DNA of 63,927 bases, counting the filler, from Choristocarpus tenellus KU-1152 (Eukaryota > Protista > Phaeophyceae), in assembly GCA_964200185.2 (NCBI GenBank). It is 10 parts of 10 records of this genome, joined end to end, with 100 filler letters (N's around TTAATTAATTAA, not from the genome) between each part and the next. Parts side by side here need not be neighbours in the genome. Positions count along the whole stretch, not along the records: positions 25,431 to 29,113 come from CAXNAD020018539.1; positions 29,214 to 43,461 come from CAXNAD020001246.1; 8 more parts are not named here. One strand, written 5' to 3'. A program made the position numbers and the translations under genes. The notes beneath the pieces were generated by a model. It searched no databases, had not been told where the DNA came from, and saw only the letters and a program-made list of their open reading frames with translations. Position 1 is the stretch's first letter. The number at the start of each line of letters is the position of its first letter. Shown one piece after another: positions 25,751 through 37,900 of this stretch.

Positions 25751-28700
25751 CTCCCCCATGAGAGTGCAGGCAATGAAAGAGTTGCTGGAACTCTCAACCT
25801 AAAACATCACATTCTGCACACTCCCCCATGAGAGTGGAAATAAGAGAAGACAGATTGGTTCAACTCTCACACATATCACATTATCCTGTCAACGCAGAAA
25901 AATAATACTGATGATTGCTTGAACTAGTCAACACAGATTCTACGAAGTCTTCTACCTGCTTCTTACGTAATCTTTTGGTCAAGATGCCTGCAAGTTGGAG
26001 TGCCGTGGGAATATATTTTACTGTAAAAACTCCTTTGCTAACATACTCCCGGGTGCATTTTAGTATGTGATGTCGACATGCCTTGTCCGTCCATTGAAAC
26101 CTTCTGTTATCGCTGCTTGAATTGCACCTCGATTGTCTCCATACCAAGTCGTGACCCCTTGAGGATTATTGCATGTTTCATTCCAGTGCTTTGCATTAGG
26201 CCCTGTAAGGGCTTCTTTGATGGTTGATGGCTCCTGGTGGCCTATCGAGATGTCACCTGACTGACATGCCTATCAAACAGTATGCATCATCTGTGCTTGT
26301 TCTGAGCAGATTGACTATACTCTCTCCCACTTCTTCGGTATCTCCACAGTGTAAACACCTGTAGTCCACCCTGGGTTGTTCAGCTATCCTGGCTGACCTC
26401 CGTTGTTCACTAGGTGAACTTGTCAAGTTCTTGCTCGCGGCTGTTGCTTGTGGTATCGGTTCGGCAGCAATATCGAAATCCCGATCAGAGTCATCTTCAG
26501 TATCGGAATCTCTTCATCATCCGTCAAAGTCAAGGTCTCTCTCTCCCCCACGAAGTCCATGATGTGTTCGTCTGGCTCGAACATCATCACATAGGCTGAG
26601 ATTACCGACTTGGCCTCTTGAGGAAGCCAGATGTACCAACACAGTGATGTACGGTCGTGTCCCATGATTATACCTCGCTTGGCATGTGGGTGAAACTTTG
26701 AACCGACTTCTCTGCTGCTTGTCCTGGTGAACATAGCACTCGCTCCCCCAAGCCTGAAGCATATCGCAGCTCAAGGATTTACCTGTTAGACACTCGCATG
26801 GCGTCTCTCCTCCCAGGTATTCGTGTGGCATGCCTCCAGTCTTGAAGGCGACGTCCGTGATGGCAAAGAACCAGTACTCGTCGCCCAGTCCAGCCTTTGC
26901 CAGTTGACTCCTTGTTGCCCCCATGAGTTACTTTATTGCCCTTTCGGTGATCCCGTTGTTCTGTGATGTTCTCGGTGGAGATTTCCTCCATCGGGTGCCG
27001 TTGTTTGCCAGCATCCTTTGGAACTTCGCCGATCTCTCAAGCTCGTCAGCACCATTCCCACTGATGCATTGGACTTGTGTACCTTCCCTTGCCATCTGGT
27101 CGATATAGGCAGCGGTTGCATCCATCACTGCATGTTTGGTTTTCAATCCACAAACCCTCTTGTCTCTGCTACTCTCATCGACAAACACCAGGAAATATTT
27201 GTCACCAGTGATGTCTGCTTTAAAATGTCCCACCAAATCTGTGTGGACAACCTTGTCGGGCTGCTTGGGGGTCCTGCGACCCCGTTGATAGCTTAAGGCC
27301 TCGGATTTGTATTCCTTACAGGTCTCGCACTGCAGTTCTGACGCCACAGTAGCGTCGGAGATCTCCAATAGTTCACATTTCTTGAGATGCTCAAAATATG
27401 TTGTGCCAGTCCCTCAATGTCAGCCTCTGCTTTTCGTTGGCTAATGCAGCGCTGGCTCTCAATTCTTGTTCCATGTTGATTATGGTTCCAGTTAATTTTA
27501 AGAACCCCCCCGACTTTTGTAGGTTTATCTTGGGCGAATTCTTGGTAGGTCCTCAGATAACTTTCTTTTTTCCTGAATCCATATATTCTCCTCCATTCTG
27601 TTGTATAAAAAAAATATATACATAAATCTCCCACAGTACCCCTTCTAGTATACTTCCAGTAATCAATATGCGGCATGGTAGACCTGGCACCATCCTTCAG
27701 AACCACTCTTGTTGGTTTGCCATCCTTGTCCGTCACCATTAGAACCATATCCCCGGTTTCCTTCGCTTCCAATTTCCCATTGTTACCGAAGGTGCATGTC
27801 CTCTTGGTGCCCCTGAGTGCTTACGAGATCTTCACGATCAGGTGTAACATGTACCTTTGCTCTGGAGTAACACAATATCTCGAGTTGAACACCACACGTT
27901 TGTTAACTCCTCCTCGTCTGCTGTCACCTTGAAAGTGGAGAAGGAGCGCGCTTGGTTTCCGTCGACTTTGTTGCTGCTCCCACCAGGTGGAGGTGGCGGA
28001 AATGTTCTCGCGGGTGCCACCCCAGGCGGACGTGTTGCAGGTGGCTCTTCATTCAAATATGAATGACTCTTCCACCATTGATGGTTCATCTTCAGGCAGT
28101 ATGCACATTGGTTTGGTTTGGGGTTGCTTCCGGCTAATCCCCTGACCTTCCGAGCATGGTCGTTCCTTACATTGCCATGCATTGCCAATACCCCATCTTG
28201 ACCTGAGTGAAGGTAAGTTGTCGACGAGATGATTGCCCGTTAGAGCTCCTCATAGCTGATGTCCGGGTGTGTTATTAATTGCGCGAACACATGTGGCATC
28301 GCTTCCTTGATCCCAAGCAGTATAGATGTCCCCTTCATGTGTTCGGATTTTGGCTCCTTGAGCTCTTCGAGTTCCGAAAATAGTCGCTCGAGTTTAACGA
28401 CAAAATCGGGTCTGTCCTGAGACGCCACGCATCGTAGATCTCGAAGTTTCGCCTCCAACGTGATGACTTGTACGGGGATCTCTTCCTCCGCGCGTCCACC
28501 GTAGACTCTTTCTAATTCTATCCATGCCCCTCTGCCGTCTGGTTGACACCCATTTTCGTATTTTACCACAATTGTCGATGCGGACCCCTTCGTCGTTTGT
28601 AGAAGGAGGAACCATAACGCCTTGCTATTCTTCGTGTGTGTGGCATGTGCCATATGCACTGCCTCTCCCAAGATGGTAGTGGGTGTTTCAGGAATTTCAT

Positions 28701-28855
28701 AGTCCCTCGTCGTAATCTCGTACAAACTCTTTCCACCAGCGTAGGCGATCAGTGACAGTGGCCAAGTGGACCAGGTCTCCAATGACCTTCCTGTGGCCCC
28801 CGTCCAGACAGCAAAGTTCTTCAGGTCAGTCTCCATACTACTAAGGCTCATAACC

Positions 28856-29113
28856 TGTGCAAATCTACCTTGGGAGGTTATCCTATTTGTTAGTAGTGAA
28901 GATAGAAGAGTGACCTTTGTGTAGTGTCTTTTCATTGCTTGTTTATTATTTATTTGTGCTTCCTATCTAAGTCAACGGTTATGTCAAAATAGTTGAATGC
29001 GGAATAAATACCAATACATAATCCCATATAGAATCCGGATGTACTATCTCATTAGTTGCATCACATGGACTCAATTCAACACAATTATCTCATATGCACA
29101 AAATAAGGTACAC
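28856..29113 (-). repeat. 5' LTR of the copia element (truncated by the gap)
   Basis: Ends in CA immediately before the PBS; homologous to 25452-25750. Confidence 0.85.
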
Positions 29114-29213
29114 NNNNNNNNNNNNNNNNNNNNNNNNNNNNNNNNNNNNNNNNNNNNTTAATTAATTAANNNNNNNNNNNNNNNNNNNNNNNNNNNNNNN
29201 NNNNNNNNNNNNN
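29114..29213. other. Artificial contig linker
   Basis: 44 N + TTAATTAATTAA + 44 N. Confidence 0.98.
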
Positions 29214-30186
29214 CACCCAAGATACTTTGACCCTCCACCCTCAAGTAACTCCTCCCCTTTTGTCCCACAAACCCCCATTGTGCGTGGCATGTTGTCCAGG
29301 TAAAGATCTTTGTGGATGATGCGGCAATAGTAACATCTACAATTGTCCCTACCCCTGCTCCCAACATCAACACTCCAGCTCCCACCACTATCTTTTCAAC
29401 ATCAACAGAAACTCCCATGTCCGCCCCTCCTACACAAGCACCTGAAGGTGAGAGCACTCAAGCTGGCTATTATGCACCTTTATACAAATAGATAGTACTA
29501 GTACAACCCTCTTTATTCCTGTATATTTGGTTTTGTCTGTGTGTGAGTGTCTCACCTCCAGGTTTCCACGCAAATGGCAACATATAACTGATGTCAATTT
29601 GAAATTTATCTTCTCTTCCCATCCAAATGCTCGCAATTAGCGCCCACTCAACTGTGTATTGGCAATCCACCTCCTGCCTTTCAGCATGCCTTAGTATTCA
29701 TATTAGCATCTGTCAACGGTACATATGTTCAGAGTAGCGTCCCATGCTACACCAAAATCCCTTCTTCCCCCCCTCCCCCAGTTGTTTGTTGAGCTTGAGA
29801 TCATCACTCTGGAAGAAATATCTTGTTGATACTACTTTCTACTATTTTCGTACACTACACATACAGGACCTAGTTGTGCTGAGAATTGATACTACTACTG
29901 GCAGAGTTTATAGCCTTTTGGTAAACCTTATCGTATGTTCCTCTTGCAACCCTGCACTATATTTCTTTTTAACATTAACTCCATGCACACCCACAATTGA
30001 ACATGGACCCAACTCGACAGATATATCTATCCCGACTCTCTCTTGGCGAGACTTGTTTGTTGCTGCCGTTCGTGTACCCATCTGCACAGGGTGCCCCAGT
30101 AAACACCTGAGTCTTTTGTTTGGCAATAGAGTATGGAGATGTACAAGTGAAGGGTACTTTCACTGTATAACCCCTGTAACCACTCG

Positions 30187-33100
30187 ATGATACTGACTCC
30201 TTCTCCTCATCCCCATGCGATGGACGTCTTGCTCCCGGCTCCCACTGGCAATTGGACTGAAGTATTTTCGGGGTGCATTGATGTCACGGTGAGCAGTTGG
30301 TGCTTATATGTATAGAGTAAGTTTGATTCTATTGACAGGATGTTTTTCTACTTGACTAGTTGAAACTATAGAAAGGGGTTTAGCTTAAGACCTAGTATAT
30401 GTAGAAATAGTTTTTGATGTATGTATTTGGCGCAAAGAGCACACGTTAGTCTGTATAGGCATATCTATTTCATCGCTCCCAGCAGCTTACCTCGATGGGA
30501 TATGTAGCTCCAATCCTCAAGCCTGAAGGTTGGTGGTAAGGCTTGATGACAGCACCTGTGATGGGACAATGTCATGAGAAAACCACATGAGATGATTGGT
30601 TGTCATGCAGTAGTTATGATCAACATATGTTAACAGTTCTCTCTCAAGTTTTGAGTACACAACTGAAGGCTGACTACACTTGAGAGCATGATGAGAACCC
30701 TGATCTATTATAATCTGAAAATTCATGAGTTCTCGGAAGTCGTGATACAACTAAAAACCGCTGATTTGTTCTCAAGGTACAGATTCCATACGGGAGCTAC
30801 GGTAGTTCTAATATTGCCCCCTTGTTATGTTAGTACCTACACTTATTATCAACCTGGTTAGAGCACGGGTAGCAATACATTCATTAGTTTCCTGTCACGT
30901 ATCGTTCACTGAATCCGAGGGAAGCGAAGGTGAAAACGGTGTACCTCCACCCTAGAAAGATGATGTGCCAAGTGTCTGACCAATTGCACCAGGTTGGGGT
31001 TCAGGGAATGGGGTTAGGGGGGATTGCAGTCAACAACTTGGTTGGGTTGGAAGTAGAATCAAAGTATCTTAAAGGGTATAACCGTGTCCTTTTGGGGCCC
31101 AAAATCCAATGTTGCGATTTTGATGTAGTTTTGGCTGCTGTGTTTTTTGGGAAGTGTCAATATCCTTGCTCCAAACACACAACAATTACATTTTACCTAC
31201 TTCGAAACATTTTGGAATTGGAAAATGCCATGAAAAAAACGTGGGAAGCCAAGCCCCAAATGGACAAAAAGGGCAAAATTCGTACCCTCTAAGATATTAT
31301 CGCTCGTGCATTGACAAGCCAGGACGGACTTCAACGAACATTACTTTTTTGTGTTATCCAAATATGTAGAACTGTGCTGCCCATCCAGCATATTTGTCTT
31401 GACTCATCGCTTGTCGTTTTGTTTAATATTTTCAAACTCCTCTGGTTGTGCACCCAGGTGGCTGGTGCTGGCACCCTTGATGGGGTGTACACAGGTAGTG
31501 GGACAGCAAACGGGAGACCCTCATATGTCTCTGCCATAGGGTGAGTGGGTGTCGTCTCCCCCCTTACCTGGCGCCCTTTCTAGTTTCCCTTTGTCCCATA
31601 CAAGTTGTTGGAGGAAGAAATGAATTACATTAATCAAGGGGGGTGCCAATTAGGTTTATGAGCCCCTCTGACTTTCTTGTGAAAGAATATTCTGAAGCAC
31701 ATAGCCCACAGCTGTGGAGTGCATTTTGTGTGATTCGACAGCACATTCAGTTTGCAAAAGCCGTTTAGAATTAGGATCTTCTGAACAAAGCTGAAGAGAC
31801 CCGCTCAATGAAAATCTAAACGGCCAGAAAACGCACTTCTTTTGGTTAGTTTGGCTCTCGATGTCTGAAACGAACAAGATTATATACTTTGTATATGCGA
31901 AAACATCCACCATGTGCATCTCCACACATACAGAACAAAACAATTCCCTCCTTCCCCTGTCCTCCATATTCTCACTCTTTTCTTTACTGGATGACGGAGC
32001 AGGTCTGGGCAACTTTCCTCGTCCCAGGCATTGATATCCTGCAGTGGGACTGATGCTACTAATTGTGAGGCAACACAGTGGACGCTTGGGGAGACATCAA
32101 CGGATTATGTGGTCTATGATGAGGCGACGCGGCCAGAGGAGATCACAGAGGTGTGGCTTAGGTGAGATACAAATTTTCTTAGGGTTGCTAGGACATCATC
32201 AGTATGTGCATGCGTGTGTCCACTTGAAATACACACGTGGAAGTTTTGTTGGAATATCATATTGTTGTAGAGTACGATTGGGGTATTTAGGATCATTTGA
32301 AGTGCACATGTTCACTCTTGTGCTCCAATTGTATTGTTCCCACAATAGCCCTACCCTCAGCAGTCCTACCCTATCGACCTCCTACTCTTGAGTTAAAGTA
32401 TCGTAGAGGGTAGAGCTGCATTCGTTTGGGGGCCAAACTCCAATGTTGTGATTTTGATGTAAATTTGGTTATTGTGTATGTTAGGAAGTGTCATTATCCA
32501 TGTTCTGGACACATCTTTTCATAACGTTTCATAACGTATGCATTTTTCTTACTCTGAAACAGTTCGGGTAGGAAAATGTAATAAGAAACCCCGTAGGAAG
32601 CCAAGCCCCAAATGGACAATCATGGCAAAACTCATACTCTCCTAAGATACTTCCACTCTCTTCACCATTGTGGTACACCTTGCTATCTATGGTAAATCCA
32701 ATTCTTGAAGGCTTACTGGTGTGTCGGGGGAGCCGGCATTCGTATCCATAACTTGTGGTGACGGATCTGGGACTCCAGCACCAACCTCAGCCCCGGTTGT
32801 GATTGAGACCACAGGCTGTGAAACTGTATCGGTGAGCAAGGAGAGCACGGCTCAAGAGTAGAGGAAAACGGGTAGGAGGTTAGGTGGGAATGTGCAAACC
32901 TGGACTGACCTCTCATATTGGTTTAATTTCGACTTAGGGCCTTCCAGTGATAGGCCACAAAACCATAAAATATCTAGGGAGATGGGGGTCAGGCATATTT
33001 CCCCCCACCCCCCTAGTCGCTTCACTCTCTACCAAAATAATGCATTGGGGTGCTCTACCCAGTGCATTCACTTACACTGGTATTTTCCATGAACCGTGTG

Positions 33101-34921
33101 GGTAATATGATGATGGAAGTAGGAGACCGAGTTGGTTTTAGCAGCATCAGACTTTGAGATATCATTGTTCCACCATCACACATGACTGTCTTGTTGGTGG
33201 AATAGTGATATTTCAATGTCTTCACAACCAGTGTCAAAGAAACCACGTTGATCCTAGTAGTCGTAAGGTCAACTATGATCGCCAATCATCTAGACGATGG
33301 CTCAGAATGAAGTGAGTTTGCCTTGCCCTAGGGACATAGTGTTACTAGAGTGCATTGGTCACCAGTTGAACATAGCGAGCACTCTCTAGAAATCATGAGA
33401 AGCTTCCTGCATGGTCTTTTACCTAATCCCAAAACACACAATGCAGTACTTTTCGCTCAAAACATCAATAGTGCATACACTGCCATGGCAGAATATCAAG
33501 CCAAGTGCAACTTCTGACTTTCTTCGTTGAACTTGTGGCACAAATATGCTGTATTGAGTGCAACTATTGCAGTGGCTACGTTCGAACTTCAGGAAGGATA
33601 TCTATGTTTGTCCTTTGTGTCGGATTATAGTAGGAATGGTCTAAAAAAAATGTCACAGATAAGGGGAGGGGGGAAAGGTCCCCACTATTTCCTGGATGGC
33701 TCGTCTACAACATGCAGCGTGTCATAAAAAAATGTTCTGAAGATATCTCCACTACATGCAAGGATGGCGTCTTGTACGGATTATGAACCTGGCTAGGACC
33801 CTACTGGTGGAGGAAAGGGGGGTGTTGAGGCAATCCTTGCCTTAGGAACAGAGAATTGAGTAAGAGGGGTAAAAGGACGTTGACTTTGGAGGGTAGTGTT
33901 TATGCAAGGTAGGCACAGCTACAAGATTAAGGGCATGAGAGGAGGGAGAGTGAGTGCTATTTCTGCTGTTGTTGGTCCTCCCTCCTCAAATTTTCCCCAC
34001 TTCTTCTAATGCCACCCTCTGCGTGGACAGGTTGAAGGGACGACTAGCCTGGACGGAATTTATTCTGTTGAAGATCCTCCAATTTACAAAGGATATACTC
34101 AAGATTTAGACGGGAATTGGATCATGTGAGTCTCCCATTCTGATGGCCTCTATCACTACTGTCAGTCCTTTGTCTTGTGAAGAGGGGCGGTCTATAGTAC
34201 ATTATTGATGCCCCCATCTCTTTTTTCAGATACTACTGTAATCAAATTTTCTGTCAAGAGATGGATCTTTAGATTGCAGTTTCCAGAAACGAACTCCACA
34301 CCTCCTATTTAATGTAATTGATCAAATAATTGGAATGCAACTACAGATGTGTATGTGTTTTGGGGTATGCTTATTGTTGAAACCCTTCTTACTATTTCCC
34401 TTCTGGAGTACTTGTTGAAAGAACGATATGAAAGCTATATTGTGTAGGAGGAAGGGATCGATTTAATGCAAACTCTCTTGAAAAGATTAAGTTGGTATTG
34501 TGTTCATAGATTCATATAGGGGATTGATGGAAGGCAAATTTTACTTGTCAGAAAACGAGAATCCCTTGCATACATCTGCTCCAGTTTCTATAATAGAAAC
34601 AATAAAGTGTTCAGGGGGAGTTGCAGGAGTGTAGAACAGAGGACAGACTGAATTTTCCAAGGGAAGGAATTGCTACGTTAGTATCAAAAGGAGGGAGGGG
34701 GACTCCAATGACTCCCACGTTCGCTTGGTCATCACTGCCGAACCAAGTCGCAGTGGGGTAGGGGAAGGTTGTTACGCAGAAAACCTTTGGTGGGACCCTC
34801 CTAAATGTACAAAGTACTTTCTACTATAAATCGGTAATAACTCACTTCACAACATACCACAGTAGTATATTTTTTAGGATCTTCAAATTGTAATGCTTGT
34901 TGCGCCCCATCCCTCACTCAC

Positions 34922-34952
<31 letters not shown>

Positions 34953-37900
34953 CTACATTTTATTTCCTTGCTTTCTTCTTTTTTCTCATGGGAACTGAAC
35001 TAGCAGCAATGATAACGAGATCGGGGCGGGCATCACAACAACCAGTGGATGCGATGCTTCGGACCCAAACTTGGTTTGCTCATTTAACAAATGGACAATT
35101 TCAACTTCATCGGGAAGCCAATCCTACTTCACCTACAATGACGCCGCACATCCAGTGGACATAAGTGCATCTGCCTTGTGGTATATGTGAGTAATACTGT
35201 ACCCCACAATTAATCTCTACAGACAACACACTTGTGTAAGTATGAAGTGGATGAAGATGTATAGGTGAACTGCTTAGATATATTATTTTGGTATTTGCAC
35301 AGTCAAGACTCATCTGAGGGGGGGGGTCATCCTGGCAAAAAGTGTTGCAGGATGTATTCTTTGGTATCGTGGACAGAACTTGGATTATGAGTGTAGTTTA
35401 AATCGGCTCGGAAAAACTCGAACTATTCTAATCAAAGTGTGCGTTCTGCGTGGCCGAATACAGATCAATGTGCAGTACTACAATTAAAAACGCTTTCCAC
35501 CTGGTGAGGGTCCCACTAGAGTTTTTTTTTTTTACGGTACTCTTCGATGTTCACGCTCTTCTTTCCCACAACTACACACACTTTGATTTGGATGCCTGAG
35601 ATATTTTTACGTGTACTCTCTCTGTCCCATAAATCTGGGCCGTTAAGCTGTACCTCTTCGGGATGGCCTCCGACTACAAAACAGACTTTTGCGTTGAATT
35701 GCTTGTATTATATTTAATTAAGAGACTAAATGTCAAATACTTCTACAAAGAGTTATATCGTGAAATGGTTCCAAAAGGATGGAATACAGAATGGGGCATA
35801 TTCTCATCATTTTTTAATGCTCCTGCTGCAGCGTGGAGTCGCACAACACTCTCACAACCCCCCATGGCGAGCCCCTGTCCCTGGCACTAAGTCCACCTTC
35901 TTGTGGAAAGAACTGAGCGGACCAAGGAAACTCCTTCCCCAAGGGGTGTGAGGTCTAAATTGGCGAAAAAATTTGGATTGGGAGAGAGACACCCAAGATG
36001 GTTATAGGTGCGCGTCAAAGAACAGTAAGACATGGGGAATACCGTCTCCCTGAAATCACAAGCACGATCTGGATGGCTGTCGGACTTTAAGCTAATGAAA
36101 CAAGCAAAGATTTGAGAAATCAACGCCAGTAATCGCACGCTGACTATTGACCAACTTTCCGTCAAGTTCGCCGAAGCGGGCCTTGCAGTTGGCAGCTCAA
36201 AGCTTCATCGCTGGCTCAAAGTCATGGGGACAACAAGGGTTCAGTGGCGCATCACCCCTAGCCTTTCGTTTTCTCACAAGAACAGGATGGACTTCATCCT
36301 CGACTAGATCTTCCCCAACCGGTAAACCTACAGGACTGGCCTCAACACCATTCACATCGACGAGGTGTGGTTCTATCTAACCCACCAATGAGAGATGGTC
36401 CGCATGTTCCCGGGGGAGGAAAAGGTGGGCTCAACAAAGGTGCAGCACAAGAGTCACATTCCCAAAGTGCTGTTCATCTCTGCCATTTCAAACCCAGGTC
36501 CTTCCCCTGATTTCGATGCAAGATCAGCATCTGGTGGGTTTGTGTCATGAAGGAGGCGCAACAGACTACAGCGCGGCACAGAAAGGGTTTGGAGTACGAG
36601 GTCGATGTCATGAGTGGTACCTGGAGTGATGATACACGCAGCAGCTGTTGCCAGTGATCAAGGAAAAAAGGCTGTGGCTGGAATGAGGGGGGGCCTCCAC
36701 ACAGCAGAAAGGTGTGACCCCGCATACAGGCAAGGGCATGGTGCAGAAGCTGAACACAGCAGGGACGGAGGAGAGATGGAACATTAAACTCGTGATGCAG
36801 CCAGTGCAGTCACTGAGTCTCAACATCAATGATTTGGTGTGTTTTGCTTATCTGAAGAGCAGAGTTTGGGCAGAGCGTTATGACACTATTGATGAACCTT
36901 TAGAAGGGTTTCAAGCATATTACACGTGTACGACGCAGACACAATTGAGAGGGTGTGGCAGAGTCTGTTTAAGACGTACAATCAGGTGTTAAGGGCGCTG
37001 GGGGGGAACGATTTCGAGGTAGAGCATACTGGGACCAAAAAAAGGCGGCGGGAGGGTGGATTGGCTAGATCAGTTGAAATAGAAAGAGCAGCCTCCATGG
37101 CGGCCCCGGATTGGTGGGTTGATGGTGTCGAATAAAGCTGAGACATAGGTTTAATGTAAAATATTTTCCAAGGAATCCAACACAAAGATCCTTTTGAGTG
37201 AAAGTATCTTTGAGAGTAGGAGTTTTGCCCTGTTTGTCCATTTGGTGCTTGGTTTCCCATATTTTTTTTTAATGACATTTTCCTACTCCAAAATGTTCAG
37301 GAGGAGGTAAAATGTGTATGTTATGAAAAGGTGTGTCCGGAGGAAGGATATTGGCACCTAATAACAAACACGATAGCCAAGATTACATCAAAATCTCAAC
37401 ATTTGGGCGTTGACCCTAAATGGACGCATCCTTACCCTCTAAGATACTTTGGCTCTTTTTTTTAAGTGGAGGTCATCCAGAAGAGCTACAACTTAACGGC
37501 CCAGACATACGTGACAGAGAAAGTTTATTTTATAGAAGAGAGTGAAAAGTTGTTAGGGTATCATGGGATGATGTATTTCAACATTTGTTCCATCGTTTAT
37601 TTTTGTAGATATATGTGTGTGACTGTGCATTGATTGCTGCTTCAGTCTCCAGGTGGCATCCTTTCTGTTGCCTTTCTTGACAGCCTCCCATGTGTCCACC
37701 TTTGTCCAGGTGTTGCGAAGGAAGAGGAGAGCTGCATAACGTGGGTCCCGCCTTATCGTTTTAGGTCACAAAATATTTTAGGCCGATCCCCGCCGCCACT
37801 TGACAAGGTTGTTCTCAGCTCCAGAGCCAAAGTATCTTAGAGGGTAGCCCCGCGTCCATTTGGGGATCGAAACCCAATGTTNNNNNNNNNNGGAGTAGGA

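Larger units (their letters stand above)
25452..29113 (-). mobile_element. Ty1/copia LTR retrotransposon, decayed, with the RT core deleted
   Basis: 5' LTR 29113-28856 ends TTTGCACA; PBS GGTTATGAGCC; gag (DGRGAWIELERVYGG, CAYC-x4-H knuckle); integrase (VHTDLVG...FVDESSR...QNNGITER); RNase H tail (YIPTALQLAGILTK); purine tract GGGGGAG, then the 3' LTR from 25750 (TGTGCAAAAT). Confidence 0.92.

Noticed and set aside
30930-31369. ORFs with recurring peptides such as SQAPNGQ (also near 37278, 37877 and 53398)
   Set aside because: These are chance translations of MITE-A copies, not a gene family.
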